Shown here: piece after piece, positions 25,509-34,940 of the stretch | How positions within the stretch are numbered: position 1 is the first letter of the stretch | How the letters are laid out: each line of letters starts with the position of its first letter | From: Candidatus Taylorbacteria bacterium RIFCSPHIGHO2_02_FULL_43_32b | Lineage (GTDB): Bacteria; Patescibacteriota; Minisyncoccia; Phycocordibacterales; 2-02-FULL-43-11 | DNA: 54,594 nucleotides | Reading direction: 5' to 3' | Assembly (NCBI GenBank): GCA_001820955.1 | Contig: MHRK01000019.1 | Location: 1-54,594, forward strand | Notes under the pieces: model-generated | The model's database searches: none | What the model saw: only the letters and a program-made list of their open reading frames with translations | What the model was told of the DNA's origin: nothing | Position numbers and translations under genes: made by a program

Positions 25509-25991
25509 CTATATAGACTCTTTTGACTCAACGTATTTAATGACAACTCTTCGATATCTTCCTTCTCCTTTTGATTCTGTTTTTATATCCGGTATATTCT
25601 GCAACGCCGCGTGCACTATCATTCTCTCGTATGACGACATCGGTTCAAGCTCAATATCAACCTTAAAGGAACGCGCCCTCTCGCACATTATTTTAGCTTT
25701 ATTCTTGAGTTCCTCTTCCAGTTTTTCCTGATAATTGTTGACGTCTACAAAAAACCTGGTGGCTTCGCCGTCCTCTTCTTTACCTTTTCCCGCCATTTTT
25801 TTGACAACATGGTTAAAAGCAAGAAGATGCGCCCCTTTTGTGCCTATCAAAATGGCAGAGTCGTTGGTTTTTATAACGAATTTAGTTGAAGAAACCTCAT
25901 CTCCTTCGTTTATGTCAACCCCATCAAAAGGAACGTTCATAATCTTCAACATTTCCTCTATGATTTTTTTTACTTTTTGTGTGTCCGTCAT
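25509..25991 (-). CDS. jag: Jag/KhpB-like KH-R3H RNA-binding protein
   Basis: R3H-type C-terminus (EPMSSYERMIVHAALQ...RRVVI); located immediately downstream of yidC as in the rnpA-yidC-jag arrangement. Confidence 0.8.
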   Translation of the reverse strand: MTDTQKVKKIIEEMLKIMNVPFDGVDINEGDEVSSTKFVIKTNDSAILIGTKGAHLLAFNHVVKKMAGKGKEEDGEATRFFVDVNNYQEKLEEELKNKAKIMCERARSFKVDIELEPMSSYERMIVHAALQNIPDIKTESKGEGRYRRVVIKYVESKESI

Positions 25992-25992
25992 G

Positions 25993-26766
25993 TTACTTTG
26001 AATCTTTAGCCAATTTTTTATTGTTTTCTATTTCAGCCCTTTGGAAGGCAAATTTTTTCCGCAAGTATAACTCCTGAGCTATAGCAAAAAGATTGCTTGT
26101 TGTCCAATATAACCCTACCGCTCCAGAAATCGTAAAGGCAATAAAAGCGACAAATAAAGGCATGATGTATCTCATTTGCATGTTCAAACTTCGAGCCATT
26201 TCGTCCTTAAGAGAAGGTGCCCCATCCTTTTTCTCTCGTGGGGGAAGGGCAGGGATAGCCAGTCTCATTTGTATAAACTGGGTCACCCCAACCAGGACGG
26301 CCAAAAAAGCGCTTTTTTGGCCGATATCAATTAAACCAAGAAAGTGCATATTGACCTCTTCCGGCTTTGACACAAAAGAGTACAGCAAATCGGTATTCAC
26401 TTCCGGCAGGCCTCCCTTATAGAAAACATAATACAAAGAAAGAATAATTGGAATTTGAATCAAAATAACCAACAAACTAGCCAGCGGGTTTATTTTATTT
26501 TTTCTGTAGAACTCAAGAACAGCCTGCGCCTGAGCTTCTTTATTATCTTTGAACTTCGTCTTTATATTGTTAAGCTCCGGCTCGTACTGTTTCATAGTAA
26601 GCTGTGTCGCTACGGCTTTCTCGGAAAGAGGGAGCATGGCCAATTTAACAATGAGAGTAAGCACCAAAACGGCAATGCCGACATCGGCGCCAGGTATCAC
26701 ATCTATCAAAAAAATAAGGCCGTTATAGAGCGGCTGATACAGCGTATCGTGAAAAAATCCTATCAT
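25993..26766 (-). CDS. yidC: Membrane protein insertase YidC (short form)
   Basis: 257 aa multi-pass protein with Oxa1/YidC-type helices, in the conserved position after rnpA. Confidence 0.85.
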   Translation of the reverse strand: MIGFFHDTLYQPLYNGLIFLIDVIPGADVGIAVLVLTLIVKLAMLPLSEKAVATQLTMKQYEPELNNIKTKFKDNKEAQAQAVLEFYRKNKINPLASLLVILIQIPIILSLYYVFYKGGLPEVNTDLLYSFVSKPEEVNMHFLGLIDIGQKSAFLAVLVGVTQFIQMRLAIPALPPREKKDGAPSLKDEMARSLNMQMRYIMPLFVAFIAFTISGAVGLYWTTSNLFAIAQELYLRKKFAFQRAEIENNKKLAKDSK

Positions 26767-26820
26767 GCGGACATTCTACGCTTAAATCCAGGTATTTTCA
26801 AACTTACAGAAAAACAGAAA

Positions 26821-27159
26821 CTACAAGTTATTTTTCGAAAGAAGACTTTCAACTTCTGATTTTACCGATGAAAAAGGAGTAGAAACTACATTTTTTCTCA
26901 AAATTAAAACTATCGCCATGCTAGAACCTGAGGTATTGCCATATTTTTGATGAAGTATGTGATATATCCTTCGGCGAATTTTATTTCTTGAAACAGCCTT
27001 CGAACTGATTTTTTTGGGAACAACCACCGCAAAATGCCGGCCACCTGACTTTTGAATAGGGGAATAATATAAGGAAAAAAAGCCGGAAATTCCTCTTTTA
27101 CCGTTTTTAAACACTTCCGCGAAGGCTTTTTTGTGGAGCCTTTGGCTTTTTGGGATCAT
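26821..27159 (-). CDS. rnpA: Ribonuclease P protein component
   Basis: KAVSRNKIRRRIYHIL basic motif, 112 aa, directly downstream of rpmH. Confidence 0.85.
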   Translation of the reverse strand: MIPKSQRLHKKAFAEVFKNGKRGISGFFSLYYSPIQKSGGRHFAVVVPKKISSKAVSRNKIRRRIYHILHQKYGNTSGSSMAIVLILRKNVVSTPFSSVKSEVESLLSKNNL

Positions 27160-27161
27160 GA

Positions 27162-27296
27162 CTAAACAGTGAGACGTTTTCGCCCTTTTTGTCTTCGGCG
27201 CTTTACTGTATTACGGCCGCCTGAAGTTCTCTTACGCACAAGAAAACCGTGCGTTTTAGCTCTTTTCCTTTTTTTAGGTTGATATGTGATTGACAT
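27162..27296 (-). CDS. rpmH: 50S ribosomal protein L34 (44 aa; below the ORF-track length cutoff)
   Basis: Manual reverse-strand translation [44 protein letters not shown], the canonical L34 pattern. The stop lies 2 nt from the rnpA start. Confidence 0.92.
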   Translation of the reverse strand: MSITYQPKKRKRAKTHGFLVRKRTSGGRNTVKRRRQKGRKRLTV

Positions 27297-27385
27297 AATT
27301 AATTAAACGATAACTTGAAAAAACAATTTGCGCAAGCGACACACAAAATTTGGTTGTGGACGAGCTGAAAAATTTCAAAAAAACA

Positions 27386-27394
27386 TTATCCACA
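27386..27394 (+). promoter_or_regulatory. Consensus DnaA box
   Basis: Exact TTATCCACA in the rpmH-dnaA intergenic region. A degenerate TGTGGAC lies at 27355-27361. Confidence 0.7.
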
Positions 27395-27477
27395 AGTTGC
27401 GAACAACTTACTAACACATCGAGTGGCTTCGGGGAAGTGTGCGCTTTGAAAGACCGATATATAATATCTCTTACATT

Positions 27478-28845
27478 ATGAGCCGAGCAGTTGCAAACTT
27501 GAGTATGGATGACAAAACTCTTTGGGAAAAGGTTCTGGCTTCTATGGAAACAATGGTATCTAAAGCCAACTTTAGTACCTGGTTTAAAAACACTGAGATA
27601 ACAAAACTTGAAGATGGAGTCGTGTACGTGGCCGTTCAAAACGCCTTCGTCAGAGATTGGTTAGCGAATAAATACCACAAGACCATATTAAAAACACTGC
27701 GGGAACTCTCCGGTGACATTAGGGGGCTCGAATATACAGTTGTTAAGAGCGATAGAAACAGAATTGTTGAAAAACCGGCAATAAAGGCCCAACCTGCCGC
27801 GGCTTTACCCCTTAACGATCACTATGTAGACCAAGAAAGCAACCTGAATCCCAAATACACATTTGATAGCTTTGTTATTGGCCCCTTCAATGAGCTTGCT
27901 TACACAGCGGCGCAAAGCGTAATAAAAGACTTGGGAAGAGTTTATAACCCTCTGTTTGTTTACGGAAACACCGGACACGGCAAAACTCATCTCATCCAAG
28001 CCATCGGAAATCATATTAAATCGAGTTTGGTAGGGAAGAGTGTTTACTATCTTACATCCGAGCGGTTTTATTTGGATTTTGTAAACGCCATGCAAGCAAA
28101 CCGTGTTCCGGTTTTTAAAGAGAAATACAGAAAATTCGATGTGATAATAATGGACGACATTCAATTCCTATCTAGCAAAGAGTCTACGCAACAGGAATTG
28201 TTCCATTTATTCAACACTCTCCATGACGGGGGGAGGCAGATTGTCTTTTCTTCCGACAAACACCCCAATTTTATTCCCGGCCTAGAAGATCGTCTAAAGT
28301 CTCGTTTTTCCGCCGGCATGATTGTTGACATCCCTCCACCTGAACTTGATTCAAGATTGGCTATTATTCGCGCAAAAACAAGCCGCTTAGGCCTTGAACT
28401 CACTGAGGATGTGGCAACCTTCCTTGCGATGGCCATAGAGGGTAATATAAGAGAGATTGAGGGGGTGATAAACACCGTACTTTGCCAAACTCAAATGAAA
28501 GGCCACACTCTTGGCCTTATTGAAATCAAAAATTTGGTAAAACTGAACGTAAAACCGAGAAAAAACAACTCTGTGAAGGATGTTGTTAAAGCAATTTCAT
28601 CCTATTATGACATAGAGGAATCTGATATTTTTGAAAAAACCAGAAGAAAAGAAGTGGTGAGACCGCGTCAAATTGCCATGTATATATTAAGAGAAGATTG
28701 TGGGGTTTCTTTCCCAATGATTGGGGAAAAGATTGGCGGGCGTGACCATTCCACCGTTTTACACTCCTATGAAAAAATAAAAGAGGAATTGAAAACCGAC
28801 CCGAGTTTGGAGCAAGATATTGCTCAAGTCCGCGCAATGTTGTAG
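27478..28845 (+). CDS. dnaA: Chromosomal replication initiator DnaA
   Basis: Walker A GNTGHGKTHL, IIMDDIQFL, C-terminal DNA-binding ...GGRDHSTVLHS. Start uncertain: ATG 27478 or 27505; the track start 27439 is GTG. Confidence 0.93.
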   Translation: MSRAVANLSMDDKTLWEKVLASMETMVSKANFSTWFKNTEITKLEDGVVYVAVQNAFVRDWLANKYHKTILKTLRELSGDIRGLEYTVVKSDRNRIVEKPAIKAQPAAALPLNDHYVDQESNLNPKYTFDSFVIGPFNELAYTAAQSVIKDLGRVYNPLFVYGNTGHGKTHLIQAIGNHIKSSLVGKSVYYLTSERFYLDFVNAMQANRVPVFKEKYRKFDVIIMDDIQFLSSKESTQQELFHLFNTLHDGGRQIVFSSDKHPNFIPGLEDRLKSRFSAGMIVDIPPPELDSRLAIIRAKTSRLGLELTEDVATFLAMAIEGNIREIEGVINTVLCQTQMKGHTLGLIEIKNLVKLNVKPRKNNSVKDVVKAISSYYDIEESDIFEKTRRKEVVRPRQIAMYILREDCGVSFPMIGEKIGGRDHSTVLHSYEKIKEELKTDPSLEQDIAQVRAML

Positions 28846-29073
28846 TTTGGTTGTGGATAACTAACCTCATAACCTGTGTTTAAAGAGAGAAAAAGGGGTG
28901 TCTATTATGTTTAGAAGTTGGTTATTATTAAAGTTGTTAAAACAATCAACATTTATATAAACAGGGTGTGTTTCTTTCATTCATAAAAAAGCCTTATTTA
29001 TCAAAATTTTTTCCACTATCCACTTATCAACAGGTCTATCATAATCTTATTTTTTATACATAAATTAAATATT
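28846..29073. promoter_or_regulatory. dnaA-dnaN intergenic region, candidate oriC
   Basis: Exact TGTGGATAA at 28852-28860; near-boxes CTATCCACT (29016-29024) and TTATCAACA (29024-29032); AT-rich tract about 28905-28975. Confidence 0.55.
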
Positions 29074-30177
29074 ATGAAAATAGAATGCGGAAAAGAGAAG
29101 CTGGAAAGGGCGTTAACTCTAACAGAAAGGGCAACAAGTAAAAACCCAACCCTACCTATACTTTCTTATGTTTTATTGGAAGCAACGTCCAATTCTTTAA
29201 TATTAAGAGCAACCAATCTTGATATTGGTGTGGAAATTACTTTACCGGCCAAAGTCGAAAAGTTAGGCACTTTGGCGGTTAAGGGCAGTACTCTTCTTGG
29301 TTTTCTTACTAATTCTCCTAAAGATAAGAATGTTACCTTGGAGTCGAGTGAAGGAGGTCTGTTGGTTAAAACTTTGGGGGGTAGTGCGTTGGTCAAAACC
29401 GCGAACCATGAAGATTTTCCTAAAATCTCCAAAGTTTCCGGAGGTTTGGGGGTTGTTATGGACGCTTCTCTCCTTTCAAGTGGAATTCGGTCGGTTTCAT
29501 ATAGCGCGTCAATTTCTCATATCAAGCCGGAATTAGCCAGTGTTGTTTTGTATAGTGATGGAAAAAATTTAGTTTTTGTTTCAACAGACTCTTTTAGGTT
29601 GGCGGAAAAAAGAATTAAAGCGGAATTACCGAAAGATATTGAACGCACGATAATCCCAATAAAGAATGCGGTTGATTTATCAAGAATGGCCGAGGATATA
29701 GAGAAAGAAAAAGTGAATGTTTTCTTCGGCAAAAATCAAATAGCTGTGGAAGGAGGGGGAATATATTTCGTATCGAGAGTTGTGGAGGGGGTTTTCCCGG
29801 ATTACAAGCAAATTATTCCAAAAGAATGGAAAACTGAAGTTGTTGTTTTGAAAGAAGATTTTGGCCGGGCGGTTAAAACATCAACAGTTTTTTCCGATTC
29901 TTTTAACCAAACTACGATCTCAATTCAACCAAGCAAAAAAAAGATGGAGTTTAAGTCAAAAAATGCCGACGTTGGGGAGGGCGAAATATCAATCTCGGGG
30001 GCTATTTCAGGTGAAGCAATAGACATTAGTTTCAATCATAAATATATTTCAGACTGTCTCCAGTCAATTCTTTCAGACAGTATCGCCATGTCATTTTCCG
30101 GCAACAACAAACCAACCATGATAAGAGGGGTGGGGGATACATCTTTTTTGTACATTGTGATGCCTATGAATCGATAA
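29074..30177 (+). CDS. dnaN: DNA polymerase III beta sliding clamp
   Basis: 367 aa, typical N-terminus (..LERAL..TERATS.NPTLPIL..VLLEA), position after dnaA. Confidence 0.9.
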   Translation: MKIECGKEKLERALTLTERATSKNPTLPILSYVLLEATSNSLILRATNLDIGVEITLPAKVEKLGTLAVKGSTLLGFLTNSPKDKNVTLESSEGGLLVKTLGGSALVKTANHEDFPKISKVSGGLGVVMDASLLSSGIRSVSYSASISHIKPELASVVLYSDGKNLVFVSTDSFRLAEKRIKAELPKDIERTIIPIKNAVDLSRMAEDIEKEKVNVFFGKNQIAVEGGGIYFVSRVVEGVFPDYKQIIPKEWKTEVVVLKEDFGRAVKTSTVFSDSFNQTTISIQPSKKKMEFKSKNADVGEGEISISGAISGEAIDISFNHKYISDCLQSILSDSIAMSFSGNNKPTMIRGVGDTSFLYIVMPMNR

Positions 30178-30191
30178 AAATTTAGTTACCC

Positions 30192-30455
30192 ATGTTCCAT
30201 CTATCGGACTTTTTAGCCAAGTACAAGAACCTCGGTTTGAGCGAACGTCTCTCGAAAGAGGCTTTTGTGTACGGCGTAAACGAGGTGCTCGGAAAGCAGT
30301 TTTTAAAAAAAGAGGATGTTTCAATAAAAAATAAAATCGCGTACATAAAAATTCCCAGTTTGTTAAAAAGCGAAATTTTAGTGAAAAAGGAGGGTATTTT
30401 TTTGAAAGCTAAGGAAATGGCCGGACAAACCTTTCAGATTGAAGACATTCGTTAA
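30192..30455 (+). CDS. DUF721/DciA-like small protein
   Basis: 87 aa, position right after dnaN, pattern ..IKNKIAYIKIPSLLKSEILVKKEGIFLKAK.. resembles DUF721. Confidence 0.45.
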   Translation: MFHLSDFLAKYKNLGLSERLSKEAFVYGVNEVLGKQFLKKEDVSIKNKIAYIKIPSLLKSEILVKKEGIFLKAKEMAGQTFQIEDIR

Positions 30456-30531
30456 TTTTTGTCGCTATTTCTTTTTTAAGATCTCAAAATAGAATTCTCG
30501 ACGGGAAAGAGATTTTAATTTCGGAGTAATA

Positions 30532-33066
30532 TCAATAATTTACAACGAAGGAGCCAACAGTTTCGGCTTTTTCACCCATTGAATTATAAACAATAACTCT
30601 TACGTTGTTGTACTTTTGTGGGAGTGGTAAATCTTTTGGAATAAACGAAATTGTAAACGGTTCCTTAACCACAGTGTCGATATATTGGCCGTTTACATAA
30701 AATTCTGCTCTAATGACCGGGTATGAACTCTCCGCTTTAAATTGAACGTCAATTTTTGACGTCGGTGTGTATTTGGTTAATTGGTTTGGCGAAGTAATCG
30801 TGACTTTAAAAGTTTTTTTGATAATTGGCTGGATTATCTCCGGGGTAGGGGTTGTTATCGGTATTTGTACACTCGAATTCTGCGGGTTGTTTTGGAGCCA
30901 TTTTTGAACTGGTATTTCCCAGAGAAGATATTGCGGGTCACTCTCGGGATTTTGGGGTTTTGGGCCCAAGGGATTTTTTTTATCTACCCAATAAAGGATG
31001 GAGTGAACGGAAGGGATCACTCTTTCTTCTATGTACTCAGTGGGGGTTAGGGAATCGGCCGGAGCGCCGGTTCTTTTGTCTATAGAAAAAGTTTCCCCTC
31101 CCTGCCAGACGCCACGAAGGATTGGTTTTAGTTGCACAAATTCATCTGCCCCCGGACTTCTGAAGTGTTCTATGGGAGTGGATTTTAACACCTCGAGCAT
31201 AAATGCTCTCCACATCGGGGCAACAATGTACCCTGCGATTTTCTTTTCCATCGGCGTATTGTCGTTGTTTCCAGCCCAGGCGCCAACAGAAATATTGGGG
31301 GTGTAACCCATAATCCATGCGTCTTTGTAATCATTCGTTGTGCCCGTTTTGTCCGCCACGTCATAGTCTTCGAAATAAAGTGGGGAATTGGCTCCAAATT
31401 CCGGAGTGCGCGCTTCGTTATCACTCAAAACATCGCTTATCATTCTCGCAATATTGGCGCTCAAAACCTGTTTGGGTTCGGGTTTGAATTCGTAAACAAC
31501 ACGACCGTCTTCAGTTTCGATTTTTTCTATGGCATGAGGCTCTATTTTTACACCCTCGTTGGCGAAAACCGCGTAGGCGACGGTCATATCAAGAAGAGAA
31601 ACTTCACCACCTCCCAAAACCAGTGTTAATCCGTAGCGATCAGGACCTACCAAGCTTTTTATACCCATTTCACTTGCCAGATCTATGGCATCCCTTATGC
31701 CGACTAAGTATAAGACTTTGATTGCGGGTATGTTTCGGGATTCAGCCAGCGCGTTTCGAAGTTTTATGGGCCCTTTAAAAACTTCATCATAGTTTCCGGG
31801 CATATAACAAACTTTCTCATTTCCAGGTGTTATCGGCGTTCCGTCTGGATTACACAAGGTGGAGAATTCAGTTTGAAGATCAAAAACTACAGTGTCGGGG
31901 GTGTATCCTTTTTCAAATGCTTTGGCGTAGACAAAAGGCTTGAACGAAGAACCCGGTTGGCGATGAGCGGTTGCGATGTTGAAATTTCCATCGATTTCTT
32001 TATCAAAATAATCTCGCGAGCCCGCCATAACCAAAATACCTCCAGTTTTGGGGTCAACAGCGGTTATGGCCGCATTTTCGGCATTAAAAGAAACCTCGTT
32101 TTCGAGAGCGTATTTTTTTACGATTTCTTCGGCTTTTTGTTCGAGATCGTAATCAAGTGTTGTTGTTACCCGAAAGCCGCTTCCAGCCATGACTTCACTG
32201 CCGTATTTTTTTTCCAATTCTTCTCTAACATACATCACAAAGTGGGGAGCCTTTATACCAATGTCGGCTTGTGGCAGGAACTCCACTTTTTCAAGAAGGG
32301 CGGCATCGTATTCTTCCTTTTTTACGAAGTCTTTTTTGAGCATAGCGCCGAGAACCATTTTTTGCCTTCGCTCAAGGGCACTCTTGTTGTGGCCGTAGGG
32401 GGAATAAAAAGTGGGTGCGTTCGGTAGGGCGGCAAGATAGGCGGCTTCGGCCAAGGTTACTTCGCTGGCTTTTTTACCAAAAAAACTTTTGGCCGCTTCT
32501 TCGATGCCGTAAAGATTGCCTCCGTAAGGGGACTCGTTCAAGTAAATTGTGAGAATTTCATCTTTGGACATTTCCTTTTCGAGCTTCAAAGAAAGCATCC
32601 ACTCTTTTAGTTTTCTGCCGATAGTTTTTTCTTTTGTTAGAAGAGCGTTTTTTATGACCTGTTGAGTGATTGTCGATCCTCCTTGGCTGTACTCTGCGGT
32701 TTTGAAATTGGCTAGCATTGCTCGCAGAAATGATATTGGCCGTACGCCCTTATGCGTGTAAAATTCGTCGTCTTCAATGGCAACCGCGGCGTTTTTAACG
32801 TTTACGGAGATGTCTCCGCTTTTAACGACGGTGCGTTTGATGCCCTCGTTTATGTCATAAAGCAAAATTTTACCCGTTTTGTCGTAGATTTTGGTTGACT
32901 GGCTGACCTTTCTGTCATCGAAAGTACGGAGATCGGGCAGCTTTAGTGAAGAAAGCCAAAGTAGGGTAAAACTGCAGGCAATAAGTACCAGTGCAGTCGT
33001 GGCGACGGCGATTTCACGCCGCAAAGTCCAGAATCGTTTTACGTGCCTTTTTATGTGTTTTCTCAC
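30532..33066 (-). CDS. Class A penicillin-binding protein (glycosyltransferase plus transpeptidase) with C-terminal extension
   Basis: GT51 motifs EDDEFYTHKG, GGSTITQQ, RKLKEW; transpeptidase SSFKP, SRN, KTGTT; about 150 aa beta-rich C-terminal tail. Confidence 0.92.
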   Translation of the reverse strand: MRKHIKRHVKRFWTLRREIAVATTALVLIACSFTLLWLSSLKLPDLRTFDDRKVSQSTKIYDKTGKILLYDINEGIKRTVVKSGDISVNVKNAAVAIEDDEFYTHKGVRPISFLRAMLANFKTAEYSQGGSTITQQVIKNALLTKEKTIGRKLKEWMLSLKLEKEMSKDEILTIYLNESPYGGNLYGIEEAAKSFFGKKASEVTLAEAAYLAALPNAPTFYSPYGHNKSALERRQKMVLGAMLKKDFVKKEEYDAALLEKVEFLPQADIGIKAPHFVMYVREELEKKYGSEVMAGSGFRVTTTLDYDLEQKAEEIVKKYALENEVSFNAENAAITAVDPKTGGILVMAGSRDYFDKEIDGNFNIATAHRQPGSSFKPFVYAKAFEKGYTPDTVVFDLQTEFSTLCNPDGTPITPGNEKVCYMPGNYDEVFKGPIKLRNALAESRNIPAIKVLYLVGIRDAIDLASEMGIKSLVGPDRYGLTLVLGGGEVSLLDMTVAYAVFANEGVKIEPHAIEKIETEDGRVVYEFKPEPKQVLSANIARMISDVLSDNEARTPEFGANSPLYFEDYDVADKTGTTNDYKDAWIMGYTPNISVGAWAGNNDNTPMEKKIAGYIVAPMWRAFMLEVLKSTPIEHFRSPGADEFVQLKPILRGVWQGGETFSIDKRTGAPADSLTPTEYIEERVIPSVHSILYWVDKKNPLGPKPQNPESDPQYLLWEIPVQKWLQNNPQNSSVQIPITTPTPEIIQPIIKKTFKVTITSPNQLTKYTPTSKIDVQFKAESSYPVIRAEFYVNGQYIDTVVKEPFTISFIPKDLPLPQKYNNVRVIVYNSMGEKAETVGSFVVNY

Positions 33067-33132
33067 GAAAGCATTTTAGCACAAAAATAGCGTAAGAAAG
33101 ACAAATCGAAGATGTTGTGGTAAATTTTCAAT

Positions 33133-34338
33133 ATGGAATCGAAAGAACAAATCGTGGACGAATTATTAACTCGCAGTATTTTCAAGATTTTGCCTTCAAA
33201 AGAGGAGTTTAAGTCTGCGCTTCTGAATAGGCGACTCAAAATATACATTGGGGCTGATGCCACGGCTTCAAGTTTACACTTGGGTCACGCAACCAATTTT
33301 ATGATTTTGGAAAAGTTAAGGAAGCTTGGACATGAAATTATTGTCTTGTTTGGGGATTTTACAGCTAGGATTGGTGACCCAACAGAGAAGGAGTCTGTTC
33401 GCAAGGCATTATCAAAGGAACAGGTCGAGTCGAATATAAAGGGATGGCGTAAGCAAGTTGGTAAGGTGCTCGATTTTAAAGATAAGGTCAATCCGGCTAA
33501 AATTCTTAAGAATAGTGCCTGGTTATCAAAACTTACCTTCGAAAAAATTATCGAAATATCGGCAAATTTTACAGCACAACAGATGCTCGAGAGAGATATG
33601 TTTGAGAAAAGACTGGCTGACAACCAACCAATTTATTTTCATGAATTTTTCTACCCGCTGATGCAGGGCTACGACAGTGTTGTTATGGATGTTGATGTCG
33701 AGATGGGTGGAAGCGACCAAATATTCAATATGCTGGTCGGAAGACAGCTCCAAAAAAAGTATAACAGTAGGGATAAGTTTGTTGTTGCGACGACACTTCT
33801 GGCGAATCCTAAGACCGGGAAAAAGTTGATGAGTAAGAGTGAGGGTAGTTATATTGCTCTCGACGATTCACCGGAAGATATGTTTGGCAAAACTATGAAA
33901 TTACCCGACGAGGTAATGATGCAGGTGTTTGTCGATTGTACTTTTATGACAATGGTGGAAATTAAAGAGTTGGAGGAAAAAATGAAATCCGGTTTGAATC
34001 CGCGAGATGTAAAACTACGATTAGCTGAGGAGATAGTGACTATTTACCACGGAAAAGTAAAAGCCAGGGCGGCAAGAAAAGGTTTTGTCGGGGCGTTTTC
34101 TGAAGATAAGATTCCGGAGGATGTGGCCACTATCGAAGTATCTAAAGGGTCGGGTCTCATGCAGGCGATTGTCCCTAAAATAGTGGTTTCAAACACAGAT
34201 TTTCGCCGATTGATCGCGGCAGGTTCTATAAAAAATATGGAAAGCGGGCAGAAGGTTTCGGATCCTCTTTCCACTCTCAGCGAAAATGCTACCTATAAAA
34301 TAGGCAAACATCGATTCGTTAAAATAGTTGTTAAATAA
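33133..34338 (+). CDS. tyrS: Tyrosine--tRNA ligase
   Basis: HLGH (HIGH motif), KLMSKS (KMSKS motif), C-terminal S4-like domain. Confidence 0.85.
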   Translation: MESKEQIVDELLTRSIFKILPSKEEFKSALLNRRLKIYIGADATASSLHLGHATNFMILEKLRKLGHEIIVLFGDFTARIGDPTEKESVRKALSKEQVESNIKGWRKQVGKVLDFKDKVNPAKILKNSAWLSKLTFEKIIEISANFTAQQMLERDMFEKRLADNQPIYFHEFFYPLMQGYDSVVMDVDVEMGGSDQIFNMLVGRQLQKKYNSRDKFVVATTLLANPKTGKKLMSKSEGSYIALDDSPEDMFGKTMKLPDEVMMQVFVDCTFMTMVEIKELEEKMKSGLNPRDVKLRLAEEIVTIYHGKVKARAARKGFVGAFSEDKIPEDVATIEVSKGSGLMQAIVPKIVVSNTDFRRLIAAGSIKNMESGQKVSDPLSTLSENATYKIGKHRFVKIVVK

Positions 34339-34357
34339 ATTATTTAGCTTTCCGACA

Positions 34358-34392
34358 AAAAAATACTCTCGGTTTGCCGAGAGTATTTTTTA
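34358..34392 (+). terminator. Rho-independent terminator after tyrS (bidirectional shape)
   Basis: A-run, stem ATACTCTCGG (34364-34373) / CCGAGAGTAT (34378-34387), loop TTTG, T-run. Confidence 0.75.
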
Positions 34393-34508
34393 TTGGGAGG
34401 GGCCAGAAGACCTCATTCGAGTCTGAAGACTCTCAGTGTCTGAACGACCCGCCGAGGTACCCCGAGGGTACCCCTTGGGGCGGGGATAGGACGGGACAAA
34501 TTTTATTG
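34391..34508. repeat. GC-rich dispersed structured repeat (copy b)
   Basis: Starts TTATTGGGAGGGGCCAGAAGACCTC, ends GGGGCGGGGATAGGACGGGACAAATTTTATTG; internal CCCGCC...GGCGGG hairpin; bounded by TTTTATTG on both sides. Confidence 0.7.
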
Positions 34509-34535
34509 TCATCTTCGCGACCAAACTGCAAATTC

Positions 34536-34757
34536 CTACAGTGTGTCCGGTTCTTCGAATGCCTGGATTTCAGGACCTATGTCGTCGCTGTCGTCCTCTT
34601 CTGTTTCGTCATTAATATCTTTTATCTCGTCATCTTCGTAATTGCCCATGATGATTTTTATTTTTAATTTAATCCGCTTGCGCGGGTTTGCAACTTGATC
34701 TTCTAACCGGAACAAATTGCTTTTACTCATTTGTATCAAAGAATAAAATTTTTGCAA
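34536..34757 (-). CDS. Possible small acidic protein (very uncertain)
   Basis: Only an ORF: basic N-terminus and highly acidic C-terminus (EDDEIKDINDETEEDDSDD). No recognisable family. Lies between repeat copies. Confidence 0.25.
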   Translation of the reverse strand: MQKFYSLIQMSKSNLFRLEDQVANPRKRIKLKIKIIMGNYEDDEIKDINDETEEDDSDDIGPEIQAFEEPDTL

Positions 34758-34780
34758 ACAAGGCGGGCTGTGGATAAAGG

Positions 34781-34884
34781 GAGCTCGCCTATGTTTTGGA
34801 GAAACACGCGTATTCGCCAGGGTGGCGAATCGCTATGCTCGGCCCGTCGGCCTGCGCAATGTTTCTCAAAACATAGGCTCGCTC
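34781..34884. ncRNA. Candidate structured RNA / long imperfect hairpin, identity unknown
   Basis: Left GAGCTCGCCTATGTTTTGGAGAAACA (34781-34806) pairs with right TGTTTCTCAAAACATAGGCTCGCTC (34860-34884): 7 + 12 + 4 bp. Inner hairpin ATTCGCC/GGCGAAT. Confidence 0.35.
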
Positions 34885-34940
34885 TCGTTTCTCGCTTTGG
34901 GTACAAAGCTCGGGGCGGGGGATAGGAATTAGGGTAACAG

